Shown: positions 27,874-38,268, counted from the stretch's first letter. The stretch is DNA of 64,000 nt from Planctomycetota bacterium (GCA_965223845.1 CBDCXR010000004.1:2912001-2976000), one strand, 5' to 3'. Made by a program: numbers and translations. Notes: generated by a model from the letters alone, not told the origin.

Positions 27874-30800
27874 GTGTACGCCAACCGTTTCACTCTTCGT
27901 CTATTTGTACTGACGCTCGGCCTGCTCACCGCGGGCACGACGCGCGGCGCGGACTTCGCGATCACCGAGTTCATGGCGGTGAACCGCGACGTGCTCGAGG
28001 ACGAGGACGGGGACTACAGCGACTGGGTCGAAGTCTACAACACGACGGATTCCGTCAAGAGTCTCGCCGGCTGGCATCTGACCGACGATCCGATGCGCCT
28101 CGACAAGTGGGCGTTTCCCGAAGTCGAGCTTGGACCGGGCGAGTTTCTCCTCGTGTTCGCATCGAGCAAGAACCGCCAAGATCCTTCGACCGAGCTCCAC
28201 ACCAACTTCCGGCTCGAGAAAGACGGGGAGTTCCTCGCGCTCGTCGAGCCGGACGCGGCCACGGTCGCGTCGGAGTTCACCGAGTTCCCGAAGCAGGTCC
28301 CGTACGCGTCGTACGGGTTTTCGATGGGGACGACCACGAGCTTCTTCGGGCTCGGCACCGAAGCGGCCTACCACGTACCGACGTCGGATGTCCTCGGTGA
28401 TCAGTGGGTCGCCCCGGAGTTCGGCGACGGCGAGTGGCCGCGCGGACCGCTTCCCATCGGATACGACCGGAAGTCGCGGCCGAGCTTCACTCCGTTCATC
28501 GCGACCGACATCCAGGAGCTCATGGATCGCGTCAGTTCGTCGGCCTACGTGCGGATCGCGTTCGACCTCCCGGCCGACGCGAGCTTCGACTCGCTCCTCC
28601 TCACCGCACGATTCGAGGACGCGATGGCCGTCTATCTCAACGGCGAGGAAATCCTCCGAGAGAACACCGAAGAGGGTCCCCTCACCTGGGAGAGTCAGGC
28701 CGACCGATCGCGGACCGACGCCGTGGCCCTCACGCCCGTTCAGTACGACCTCGCCCCCCACGCGGCGAAGCTCGTCGCCGGAACGAACATCGTCGCGATC
28801 CACGGCATCAACCGCAGCGCGTCGAACAGCGATTTCTTTCTCGAACCTGCACTCGAGGGAATCACGTTCGAAGGCGTCGCCGAACGGGGTTCCTACTTCA
28901 CGTCGCCCAGTCCCGGCTGGTTGAACGGAACCGGCGTCGCGGCGATCGCTCCCGAGCCCACGTTTTCTCGGGCGAGCGGCGCGTTCGTCGGGAGCTTCGA
29001 GCTCGTCCTCGAAACGGACGCCGAGGGAGGCGAGATCCGTTACACGACCGACGGCAGCGATCCGATCGCGAACTCGACGCTCTACTCCGGGCCGATCACG
29101 ATCGAGGACGCGGGCGAAGTGAGGGCGCGGGTGTATCTCGCCGATCACCTCCCGAGCCCGATCGTCTCGAGCAGCTACCTCGAGCTCCACGAGGCCGTCG
29201 CCGAGAACTCGTCCAATCTGCCGATCTTGATCGTCGACACCTTCCGAGGCGGCATTCAGGACGGAGCGCTCACCCCGGGCCACGCCCTCATGATCGACCT
29301 CGACGCCGAATCGGGCCGCGCGAAGCTGACCGACGCCGCCTCGCTGAGCCATTTCATCGGCATCAAGAAACGAGGCTCGAGCTCGCTCGGATTCCCGAAG
29401 AACAACTACGCGATGGAGCTCTGGGACGAGAATCGCGAGGACACGGACGAGTCGGTCCTCGGCATGGCGCCCGAGTCGGACTGGATTCTCCACGGTCCCT
29501 ACAGCGACAAATCGCTGATGCGAAACCAGCTGACGTACGAGTGGAGCAACCAGATCGGCCAGTGGGCGGTGAAGACACGCTTCATCGAGCTCTACTTGAA
29601 CGTGAACGGCGGCGAGGTCGCGGCGAACGACTACCACGGCGTCTACGTGTTCATGGAGAAGATCAAACGCGGAGAGGATCGCCTCGACATCGCGTCGCAA
29701 GATGAACGCGCGAGCACGGAGCCGGAGATCACGGGCGGCTACATCTTCAAGAACGACCGACCGGACCCGGGCGATCAGGGATTCCGAACGAGTCGACTCA
29801 CTCTCCGCTGGGTCTACCCGAAGGAACGCGAGGTCACGGCGGCCCAGCGCGCGTACGTGAACTCGTACTTTCGCGACTTTGAAGCCGCGCTCTACGGACC
29901 GGACTTCGCCGACCCCGAAGTCGGCTACCGGAAGTACATCGACACGACTTCGTTCATCGACCAGCACCTCCTCGTCGAGCTCTGCAAGAACATCGACGGC
30001 TACCGCCTGAGTACCTTCATGTTCAAGGATCGCGAAGGAAAGCTGAAGATGGGGCCGGCGTGGGACTACAACCTGAGCCTCAGGAACGCGAACTACAACA
30101 ACGGCTCCACGCCGACGGGTTGGTACTGGAGCATCTACGAGAACAGCATTCAGGAGTATCCGTGGTACGCACGGCTCTTCGACGACCCGGCGTTCAGTCA
30201 AGAGTACGCCGCGCGCTGGCTCGAGCTCCGCGGCGAGCACTGGACGAACGACTACCTCATCGGCACGGTCGACCGAAACACCGAGCTGCTCCAGGAGTCG
30301 TCCGTGCGCAACTTTCAGCGCTGGCGCATCCTCGGAAGCTACGTCTGGCCGAATCCGAATCCGCTCGCGCGGACGTTCAATCAGGAAGTCGACCTGATGA
30401 AGGAGTGGTTGGTCGCGCGGCTCCGCTGGATGGACTCGCAGCTCGTCCCGCCGCCTCTTCTCAGTCACCCGGGCGGCGTCGTCGAGCCGGGTTTCGAGCT
30501 GACGATCACTTCGCCGGGTGGGGACATCTACTACACGCTCGACGGAACGGATCCGCGCGGCTCGAATCGCGAGCCGAGCGAGAGCGCGATCCTCTACACC
30601 GGCGCTCTCACGATCAACGAGAACACGGTCGTTCGCGCCCGCGTGAAGCTCGGCGATCTCTGGAGCGGCCGCATGGCCGAAGGTGGCTACTTGACGGAGT
30701 TCCCGACCGTCGTCGTCTCCGAGTTCATGTATCACCCGGCACCGCCGGACGAGGGGAGTCCGTATTCCAAGTCGGACTTCGAGTTCATCGAAGTTCAAAA

Positions 30801-31497
30801 CGTCGGCTCAGAGGCGATCTCGCTCGCAGGACTCAAGTTCGGCGTACGCCCGGTGACGTTCGAGTTCCCCGATGTCGAGCTCCCGGCCGGTGGGTTCGGA
30901 GTCATCGCCAGGAACCCCGACGCCTTTCGGTCGCGCTACGGTGACGGCGCGACGATTCTCGGCGAGTTCGAGCGCGGGTCGCTCAGCGACTCGGGCGAGC
31001 CCTTCGAGCTCGAGTTCACCGGCGTGTTCATCGCCGAGTTTACCTACGACGACGAATGGTATCCCGAGACGGATGGCGGCGGCTATTCGCTCTCGCTGAA
31101 GAATCCGCTGGCGGCGCTCGGCCAAGACCTGAACGACCGAGAGCTCTGGAAAGCGAGCTCGGTCGAGCACGGCACGCCGGGCCTCCCCGATAGCGGTGAA
31201 GAACCGGCGGGCCTTCAGCGACCCAACGACTTCAACCAGGATGGGAAGCTCAACGTCACGGACGCGATCTCGCTCCTCGGACGCCTCTTCGGCTCGAGCA
31301 CGGCGCCGCTCCCCTGCAGCGGCGCGTCGATCGATTCCGGAGGAAACCTCGCGGTCTTCGATGCGAACGGCGACGGCGGCGTGAACCTGAGCGACGCGGT
31401 GTACTCGCTCCAGTACATGTTCGGGCGCGGTGCGCCGCACGCACTCGGGCGCGATTGCGTTCGGGTTGGCGGCTGCCCGGACGTCTGCACGGAGTAA
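27874..31497 (+). CDS. Secreted CotH-family kinase with lamin-tail domains, chitobiase/hexosaminidase C-terminal-like domains and dockerin-like tail
   Basis: GTG 27874 with RBS and signal peptide; ITEFMA.N...DWVEVYN (LTD); IRYTTDGSDP; GIKKRGSSS..FPK, DKSLMRN, GVYVFMEKI, KNIDG, GPAWDYN; NDFNQDG...DANGDG tail. Confidence 0.88.
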   Translation: MYANRFTLRLFVLTLGLLTAGTTRGADFAITEFMAVNRDVLEDEDGDYSDWVEVYNTTDSVKSLAGWHLTDDPMRLDKWAFPEVELGPGEFLLVFASSKNRQDPSTELHTNFRLEKDGEFLALVEPDAATVASEFTEFPKQVPYASYGFSMGTTTSFFGLGTEAAYHVPTSDVLGDQWVAPEFGDGEWPRGPLPIGYDRKSRPSFTPFIATDIQELMDRVSSSAYVRIAFDLPADASFDSLLLTARFEDAMAVYLNGEEILRENTEEGPLTWESQADRSRTDAVALTPVQYDLAPHAAKLVAGTNIVAIHGINRSASNSDFFLEPALEGITFEGVAERGSYFTSPSPGWLNGTGVAAIAPEPTFSRASGAFVGSFELVLETDAEGGEIRYTTDGSDPIANSTLYSGPITIEDAGEVRARVYLADHLPSPIVSSSYLELHEAVAENSSNLPILIVDTFRGGIQDGALTPGHALMIDLDAESGRAKLTDAASLSHFIGIKKRGSSSLGFPKNNYAMELWDENREDTDESVLGMAPESDWILHGPYSDKSLMRNQLTYEWSNQIGQWAVKTRFIELYLNVNGGEVAANDYHGVYVFMEKIKRGEDRLDIASQDERASTEPEITGGYIFKNDRPDPGDQGFRTSRLTLRWVYPKEREVTAAQRAYVNSYFRDFEAALYGPDFADPEVGYRKYIDTTSFIDQHLLVELCKNIDGYRLSTFMFKDREGKLKMGPAWDYNLSLRNANYNNGSTPTGWYWSIYENSIQEYPWYARLFDDPAFSQEYAARWLELRGEHWTNDYLIGTVDRNTELLQESSVRNFQRWRILGSYVWPNPNPLARTFNQEVDLMKEWLVARLRWMDSQLVPPPLLSHPGGVVEPGFELTITSPGGDIYYTLDGTDPRGSNREPSESAILYTGALTINENTVVRARVKLGDLWSGRMAEGGYLTEFPTVVVSEFMYHPAPPDEGSPYSKSDFEFIEVQNVGSEAISLAGLKFGVRPVTFEFPDVELPAGGFGVIARNPDAFRSRYGDGATILGEFERGSLSDSGEPFELEFTGVFIAEFTYDDEWYPETDGGGYSLSLKNPLAALGQDLNDRELWKASSVEHGTPGLPDSGEEPAGLQRPNDFNQDGKLNVTDAISLLGRLFGSSTAPLPCSGASIDSGGNLAVFDANGDGGVNLSDAVYSLQYMFGRGAPHALGRDCVRVGGCPDVCTE

Positions 31498-31643
31498 GCG
31501 GGGGTCGGACGGCGGCAGTACCGGTGGCGAACTCGACGGCGAATGCCGGGGTTCGCCGCCGGTATTCGTCGTTCGAGGGGGAGCCTCCAAGACTCGATCG
31601 GTCACGAGGCGAAGAGAAAAACGTGAGCCGGAGGGAAGGCACA

Positions 31644-34600
31644 TTGACGAGGACGGCGAACCGCGCGGCAGTTTGGGGGATGTTCGTCGCAGTCGGGCTC
31701 GCGACGATCTCGAGCGCGTCGGCGCAAATCATCGTCACCGAGCTGATGGCGTCGAATCTCACCGTTCACACGGATGAGGACGGCGACTACTCCGACTGGG
31801 CGGAGTTTTACAACCCGACCGCCGTCGACGTCGACCTGAGCGGTTGGTACCTGACCGACGACGCCCTCCACCTCGACAAGTGGCGGTTCCCCGATGGCGT
31901 GACCCTCCCCGCCGGCGAGTTCCTCCTCGTGTACGCGTCGGACAAGGACAAGCGCGATCCCGGAAGCCCGCTCCACACGAACTTTCAACTCGAGACGGAC
32001 GGGGAGTACTTCGCGCTCGTCGAACCGGACGGCGTGAGCGTCGCCTTCGACTTCGGCGCGGCCTTCCCGCCCCAAGTGACCGACTACTCCTACGGTCTTT
32101 CGCAGGGCGCATCCATTTTCACACTCGTCGACACGGCCGACGACGCGCGCGCGTTCGTGCCGTCGGGGAGCGGGCTAGGCACGCAGTGGCGTCAGATCGG
32201 CTTCAACGACGCGGGCTGGAAATCCGGTCGCACCGGCGTGGGCTACGAATCGGGAAGCGGCTACGAGAGTCAAATCCGCTTGGATGTTCAAGCGGAGATG
32301 CAGGACGAGAATACTACGACGTACATTCGCATCCCGTTTCGAATCGATGACGCTTCGTCGGTCTCCTCGCTCCGCTTTCGAATGAAGTACGACGATGGCT
32401 ACGCGGCGTTCCTGAACGGGAATCTCATCGCCTCTCGGAACGCGCCGTCGACTCTCGGCTGGAACTCATCCGCGTCGAGCCTGCACGACGACAGCGCTGC
32501 GGTGGTCTTTGAGGAAGCGCCCGTTCCCGGCGCGGCCGCGCACCTCCGCGACGGCGAGAACGTCCTCGCAATCCACGGCCTAAACGACAATCTCGGCAGC
32601 TCCGATTTCTTGATTCTGCCCGAGCTCGAAGGTGTCAACGTAGGTGAGCTCGATCTCGAGTCGCGGCACTATTTCGACGAACCGTCACCCGGCGTCCCCA
32701 ACTTCACCGGAGCGTCTGCGGTGAGTGCCGTCCCGACGATCTCCGAGCCGAGCGGCACGAAAACGAGCAGTTTCAACGTCGCCCTCGACGTCGCCGACGG
32801 CGCGGCGACGATCCGCTACACGACGAACGGAAACGAGCCGACGGCGTCGTCGACGCGGTATACGGGCCCGATCTCGATCAGCCAGACGACCCAACTGAAC
32901 GTGAAGTCGTTTACGCCCGACGCGCTTCCGAGCCCCACCGTCACGGCGAACTACATCTTTCTCGCGAGCAGCGTGCGGAGCGTGACGTCGAACCTTCCGA
33001 TCGTCTACATCGACACGTTCGGGGACGGGATCGGTAGCAGCAGCCAGACCTCAGCCTACGCGAGCATCGTCGACGTCGATCCCGCAACCGGCCGCGCGCG
33101 CATCACGGATCCGCCGAGCTTTCAGCATTTCGTCGGCATGAAGCAGCGCGGATCGAGCTCGAGCGGGTTCGCGAAGAAACAGTGGGCCTTCGAGATTTGG
33201 AACGCACCGCATGGAAACGACGAGGACGCGCCGCTCCTCGACATGCCTCCGGAATCCGATTGGATTCTTCAGGGTCCCTACTCGGACAAGTCGCTGATGC
33301 GAAACGTGCTCTCTTACGACTGGAGCAACCGTATGGGACTCTGGGCCGTACGCACGCGTTTCGTGGAGGCGTACCTGAACACCGGGGGAGGAAGCATTTC
33401 GTCCTCGGATTACATAGGCGTCTATATCTTCATGGAGAAGATCAAACGCGGTAGAGATCGGGTCGACATCGCGCGGCTTCTCGGATCGGAAAACACCGGC
33501 GACGACGTCACCGGTGGCTACATTCTCAAGATCGACCGCCTCGACCCGGGTGACTCGGGCTTCACGACGAGTCGCGGGCTCCGCCTCGCGTACGTCTATC
33601 CGAAGGAAGACCGCGTGACCGGCCCGCAGGCGAACTACATCCGGTCGTACATGAACGCGTACGAGACGGCGCTCTACGGCACGAACTACCGGAGTCCGAC
33701 GAGCGGCTACCGCCGATACATCGACCCGGCATCCTTCATCGACCACCACATCATGGTCGAGCTCACGAAAAACATCGACGGCTTCCGCTTGAGCACGTTC
33801 ATGTACAAAGACAAAAACGGGAAGCTGGCGAGCGGTCCAATCTGGGACTACAACCTCTCGCTCGGAAACGCCGACTACAACGAAGGTTGGCGCACATCGG
33901 GTTGGTACTACTCGCTCCTGAGTGGCAACTCGTACGCTTGGTATCCGCGTCTCTTTCAAGATCCGGATTTCACGCAAGAGTACGTGGATCGCTGGACCGA
34001 GCTCCGCGAGACCGTATTCCAGACGTCGGAGCTGCTCGGCAGCGTCGACGAGTACGCAGCGGAGATCGACGAAGCGCAAGCGCGCAACTTCAACCGCTGG
34101 AGAATCCTCGGCCAGGACGTATGGCCCAACTGGTTTGTGGCCGACACGTGGGAAGAGGAGATCGATTGGATGAAGGACTGGATCGCGGGTCGCGCCGACT
34201 GGATGGACAGTCAGTTCACCGCTCCCGTCAGCTTCAATCGGTCGACCGGCCTCATCTCGCCCGGATTCCGTCTGATCATGAGCTCGAGTGAATCTCCGAT
34301 TTACTACACGCTCGACGGCACGGATCCGCGCCGCTCGGGCGGTGGGTTGAGCGACAGCGCCATCCAGTACGACGGCGGCGGAGTCACGATCGATGAGACG
34401 ACCCGTGTGATCGCACGCGTGCGAAGGAGCTCATCGCGCTGGGGCGCACCGCGCGACGAAGTCTTCTACACGAAGCCGCCGCAGATCGGCATCTCGGAGA
34501 TCATGTACCACCCGCCGAATCCCGATCCGAGCGATCCCTTCGGCGACGAAGACTACGAGTTCTTCGAGATCGTCAACTTCGGCGAGGAGCCGGTCGACCT

Positions 34601-35276
34601 CCGCGTACTCCGGCTCGCCGGCGGAATCGAGTTCGATTTCGCCGACGGTGCGGTCGACATCCTTCAGCCCGGCGAGTACGCCCTCGTCGTCGAGAACCTC
34701 GCCGCGTTCGAAAGCGCCTACGATACGGACGGGATGAACGTCGCCGGCGAGTACGAGGGGAATCTTGCGAACGGCGGAGATTTCGTCCAAATCCTCGGTC
34801 CCCACGACCTCCTCCTCCGCGAGATCGTTTACGCCGACGCCTGGCACCCGGAGACGGACGGCGGAGGCTATTCGCTCGTGATCGTCGACGCGTGGACGAC
34901 CGGCGACGGCTGGAGCGATCCAACGAGCTGGCGATCGAGCACCGACCCCGGAGGCTCGCCCGGGAGCGAAGACCCCGGCGGCGCGGCGGGCGGGCGGCAA
35001 CGTCCTGGAGACGCGAATCAGGACGGTTCGCTCGACATCGCCGACGCCCTATCGCTTCTTCTCCAGCTCTTTGGCGGCGCAGCGCGTCCGCTTCCTTGCG
35101 AAGGCGCGCTCGACTCGCCGGGCAACACGGCAGTGCTCGACGTCAACGGCGACGAGGGAGTCAACGTCGCTGACGCGCTCCACCTGCTCGCGTACCTGTT
35201 TCAGAACGGCGCGCCGCCTGCGCTCGGGTCAACCTGCGTTCGCGTCGAGGGTTGTCCGAGCTCGTGCTCGTTCTGA
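31644..35276 (+). CDS. Second, tandem paralogous secreted CotH-family kinase with the same architecture
   Basis: Same domain order; GMKQRGSSS..FAKK, DKSLMRN, KNIDG, GPIWDYN; GDANQDG...DVNGDEG tail. Start TTG 31644 (alternatives GTG 31623, ATG 31680). Confidence 0.88.
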   Translation: MTRTANRAAVWGMFVAVGLATISSASAQIIVTELMASNLTVHTDEDGDYSDWAEFYNPTAVDVDLSGWYLTDDALHLDKWRFPDGVTLPAGEFLLVYASDKDKRDPGSPLHTNFQLETDGEYFALVEPDGVSVAFDFGAAFPPQVTDYSYGLSQGASIFTLVDTADDARAFVPSGSGLGTQWRQIGFNDAGWKSGRTGVGYESGSGYESQIRLDVQAEMQDENTTTYIRIPFRIDDASSVSSLRFRMKYDDGYAAFLNGNLIASRNAPSTLGWNSSASSLHDDSAAVVFEEAPVPGAAAHLRDGENVLAIHGLNDNLGSSDFLILPELEGVNVGELDLESRHYFDEPSPGVPNFTGASAVSAVPTISEPSGTKTSSFNVALDVADGAATIRYTTNGNEPTASSTRYTGPISISQTTQLNVKSFTPDALPSPTVTANYIFLASSVRSVTSNLPIVYIDTFGDGIGSSSQTSAYASIVDVDPATGRARITDPPSFQHFVGMKQRGSSSSGFAKKQWAFEIWNAPHGNDEDAPLLDMPPESDWILQGPYSDKSLMRNVLSYDWSNRMGLWAVRTRFVEAYLNTGGGSISSSDYIGVYIFMEKIKRGRDRVDIARLLGSENTGDDVTGGYILKIDRLDPGDSGFTTSRGLRLAYVYPKEDRVTGPQANYIRSYMNAYETALYGTNYRSPTSGYRRYIDPASFIDHHIMVELTKNIDGFRLSTFMYKDKNGKLASGPIWDYNLSLGNADYNEGWRTSGWYYSLLSGNSYAWYPRLFQDPDFTQEYVDRWTELRETVFQTSELLGSVDEYAAEIDEAQARNFNRWRILGQDVWPNWFVADTWEEEIDWMKDWIAGRADWMDSQFTAPVSFNRSTGLISPGFRLIMSSSESPIYYTLDGTDPRRSGGGLSDSAIQYDGGGVTIDETTRVIARVRRSSSRWGAPRDEVFYTKPPQIGISEIMYHPPNPDPSDPFGDEDYEFFEIVNFGEEPVDLRVLRLAGGIEFDFADGAVDILQPGEYALVVENLAAFESAYDTDGMNVAGEYEGNLANGGDFVQILGPHDLLLREIVYADAWHPETDGGGYSLVIVDAWTTGDGWSDPTSWRSSTDPGGSPGSEDPGGAAGGRQRPGDANQDGSLDIADALSLLLQLFGGAARPLPCEGALDSPGNTAVLDVNGDEGVNVADALHLLAYLFQNGAPPALGSTCVRVEGCPSSCSF

Positions 35277-35343
35277 CGCGGAGTCCGCCTCAGCGGGCGA
35301 ACGGTCCATCGAATGCGTCTCAGCGCGACCCTCGATGAACCAG

Positions 35344-35444
35344 GCTCTGTCTGAAAAACCCTGCTGGTCGGGGAATCCAGGCTTCTCGAGAGCCCCCTCA
35401 AGGGAATGCTCTGGCTGAAGAAGCTCCTTTTTCAAAGACAGAGC
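35344..35444. repeat. ~100-bp element bounded by imperfect inverted repeats (MITE-like or bidirectional terminator)
   Basis: GCTCTGTCT-GAAAAA at left vs TTTTTC-AA-AGACAGAGC at right, between convergent genes. Confidence 0.4.
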
Positions 35445-35445
35445 T

Positions 35446-36444
35446 CTACGCCGGCGGGTTTCGGTCGGAGGACTCTCCGGCCTTCTTCGACTTTTCGAGC
35501 TCCTCTTTGGCCTTCCGCTCGATCTCCTCAAGCTCCTCCGCCGGGATCTCGCGCACCGAGAGGAGCACGACGCACTCCGAGTTGGCCCTCGAGATCCTCG
35601 ACTGCGAAAGGGGAGGCTCGACGGGCTCGTAGGTCTCCTCGATGAAGTCGCCGACGACGAAGGCACGCGCGCCCGCGACCGACTGCTGCACCTCGTAACC
35701 GAGGCGAGCGAGCACGAGCTCGTTCTTCCCGACGCGAAGCTGCCCGGGCAGCGTATCGCTCGACTTCGCTCGGAGAACGACGGGCTCCTGCCACGGAACG
35801 ACTTCATGGATGTCCTCCGAGCCAACCGTCGCCAGGCAGGTTCGCGTTCCGATGAGCGAGGCCTGTCGCGCGCGGAAGTGCTGCACCTCGACCTGATCAC
35901 CCAGCGCAGTCAGCTGGAGCTCGACGACACTTCCGGTGTTGAGCACGTCGATCTTCGGCTCGAGCTCGTAGCCGGACGGCTCTTCCGCGTTCACCTTGAA
36001 GCCGACATCTCGGATGTAGGCTGCTTGCGTGACGACGAGCACGTGAGATTTCTGACCCGAGAACGTCGTCAAAAACGGCCGCGTGAGCACCGTTCCGTCC
36101 TCGCGCGCCCGAGCGAGGATCTTCTCGGCGATCTCCTTCGACACACGCGGGTAGGCCTCGCCGTCCTGGACACCGAGCGACTTCAGAAAGTGCGGGCTGA
36201 CGCGCACGATCGTCGCCTCGGCGCGAATCGCTCGCGACGTATCGACCCCGGGCGCGTCCGGGTCGAACTTCAACTCGTCGAGGTCGAGCCCGATCGGCTC
36301 GGACTGTGTAATCGAGACGACGGGTGCGAAGCCGCGCGTCTCTTTGCGATCGACGGACGCGTGCCGTGTTGATCCGCAGGAAACGATGGGGAAAACAAGG
36401 CACACGGACAAGGCCGTGACAAACGCGTGACACACCTGCTTCAT
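35446..36444 (-). CDS. Hypothetical lipoprotein with a secretin-like segment
   Basis: Lipobox IVS-C; VLTRPFLTTFSGQKSHV...AYIRD...EPKIDVLNTGSVVEL resembles the secretin core motif. Confidence 0.55.
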   Translation of the reverse strand: MKQVCHAFVTALSVCLVFPIVSCGSTRHASVDRKETRGFAPVVSITQSEPIGLDLDELKFDPDAPGVDTSRAIRAEATIVRVSPHFLKSLGVQDGEAYPRVSKEIAEKILARAREDGTVLTRPFLTTFSGQKSHVLVVTQAAYIRDVGFKVNAEEPSGYELEPKIDVLNTGSVVELQLTALGDQVEVQHFRARQASLIGTRTCLATVGSEDIHEVVPWQEPVVLRAKSSDTLPGQLRVGKNELVLARLGYEVQQSVAGARAFVVGDFIEETYEPVEPPLSQSRISRANSECVVLLSVREIPAEELEEIERKAKEELEKSKKAGESSDRNPPA

Positions 36445-36618
36445 CTCGCAAATCCTCCGGCAAAGCAGTTAGAGACTCTCTTCTCTCGTCACCCGTTCCG
36501 AATCACTCTACGGTACGAGTATCGGCTCCTCAAGCGCTCTCGAGGACTAGACGCACGCCTCCCGGCCGGTGCGCTCACCGAATCTGCTGAGAAGGCCAGG
36601 TAAATCGTTCGCGACCGT

Positions 36619-38004
36619 TCACCGTCGCGCGAGCCATCGGCCGGCGATGACGACTAGACCCAGACCGAGCGCGACGACGGGTGGCAAAAGCGCGCCCGCA
36701 GACGCTTTCGCGAGACTCGTCACGACGACGGCAAAGGAGACCACGACGAACACGACCGCCGGAACGGGAGAGGCCGGCGAGCGGTAGACGTCAGCGTCCG
36801 GCGATCTGTTCCGGCACAGCCGAAAATACGCTACGCCGACCAGCACGAAGAATCCCCAGTCGACAAAGACGACGCTCTCGAGAAGCGACCACAGATTGAT
36901 CGACGGGAACGTCGAGGCGAGAGCGACGTAGAGGAGAGCGATGCCGGCCTGAAGAACGATCGCCACGTGGGGCGTCGCGAAGCGCGAGTGGGCCCGGTGA
37001 AAAACGCGGAAGAAGACGCCGTCCTCAGCCATCGAGTAGTACACCCTCGGAACGAGAAGCAGGTAGGCGTGAACGACGCCCGCCGAGGAGATCGCGACGA
37101 TGAGCGCGACCAAAACGTGTCCGGTCCTCCCGATGACTCGTCCGGCGGCGTCTGCGACCGGGGTACTGGTCGCGCGCAGATCATCGATTCCGAGAATCGC
37201 GACGAGAGCGACGTTGAGCGCGAGATAGAGCGCGATCACGAGACTCGTGCCGAGCACGATCGCGCGCGGGAGCACGCGACTCGCGCCGCGGATCTCTCCG
37301 GCGATGGCCGCGATCGCCTGTCCCCCGCCGTAGCTAAAGAGCGCGCCGAGGAGAGCCGGCCCAAAGGACGAGAACTGCGGTGTCCCTCCGGCGGACTCCC
37401 ATCCCGATCGGCCGCTCTCGCCCAGCAGCCAGGCGGCTCCAAGCGCAGTGACGAACACGATTCCGAGGACTTTGAGCACCATCAGCCAGTTGTGGAAGAC
37501 AGCGCCGAGCTTCACTCCCCGAACATTGATCGCCGCGAAGCCGACGATGAGTGCGACGCTGACTGCGGTCTTCGCCGCCGGAGGGAGGAACCGAGAATCC
37601 GAAGCGCCGCCGAGAACCTCTCGGAGGACGATGTCGACGTGGTCCGCGCAGACGGTCGCGATCACGGCGATGGCGGCCGAGACGACCACGACGAGCAAAC
37701 ACCACCCGAAGAGGAACGCGAGCGGAGCTCCGAACGCCTCGCGGAGGAACACGTATTGGCCGCCGGTGCGCGGGTAGCGCGCGCCGAGCTCGGCGAAGAC
37801 GAACGCGCCGGCGAGAGTCAGCCCGCCGCCGACGGTCCACGTCGACACGATTCCCGCAAGGGACGGCTGCGCGTCGGCGACGCTCGCCGGGCTGAAGAAG
37901 ATGCCGGCGCCGATGATTCCCCCCATGACGAGGAACGTCGTGTCGACGACGGTGAGGCTCGGGCGAAGCGCCTCAGAAGAGCGCGGCGCTGATTCTTGCG
38001 TCAC
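36619..38004 (-). CDS. APC family amino acid permease
   Basis: GGIIGAGIFFSP, FAELGARYPRTGGQYVFLREAFG, LFSYGG, about 12 hydrophobic segments. Start uncertain. Confidence 0.92.
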   Translation of the reverse strand: MTQESAPRSSEALRPSLTVVDTTFLVMGGIIGAGIFFSPASVADAQPSLAGIVSTWTVGGGLTLAGAFVFAELGARYPRTGGQYVFLREAFGAPLAFLFGWCLLVVVVSAAIAVIATVCADHVDIVLREVLGGASDSRFLPPAAKTAVSVALIVGFAAINVRGVKLGAVFHNWLMVLKVLGIVFVTALGAAWLLGESGRSGWESAGGTPQFSSFGPALLGALFSYGGGQAIAAIAGEIRGASRVLPRAIVLGTSLVIALYLALNVALVAILGIDDLRATSTPVADAAGRVIGRTGHVLVALIVAISSAGVVHAYLLLVPRVYYSMAEDGVFFRVFHRAHSRFATPHVAIVLQAGIALLYVALASTFPSINLWSLLESVVFVDWGFFVLVGVAYFRLCRNRSPDADVYRSPASPVPAVVFVVVSFAVVVTSLAKASAGALLPPVVALGLGLVVIAGRWLARR

Positions 38005-38268
38005 GGGGCGATTTCGACGGGTGACTAGAGCGGACGGCGATTCGGCTCGCGGCACCCTACTCGATCCCTCGAATCGATGCAGCGCCCCGCCCCCACGCGT
38101 CTCGTCCGATGTACGCCGAACGGATCGCGTCGAACGCTCCCGAACATTGGCAACGCCTGGCGCTTGTGGGATGATGACCGGCTCTGCAGGCCGTGGTCGT
38201 TCTCGTTCGTCTGAACGCCTGCGCTATCCCGTCCCGGTGGTCACTCCGTCTCGCGCGCGTCCGAGGTC

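Noticed and set aside
27901-30798. 965-aa minus-strand ORF, and similar long ORFs at 1109-2752, 8024-10021, 45513-47285, 49087-51039, 59143-61134 and 59541-61511
   Set aside because: Antisense or alternate-frame shadows of well-supported genes, expected at high GC; no recognisable motifs.
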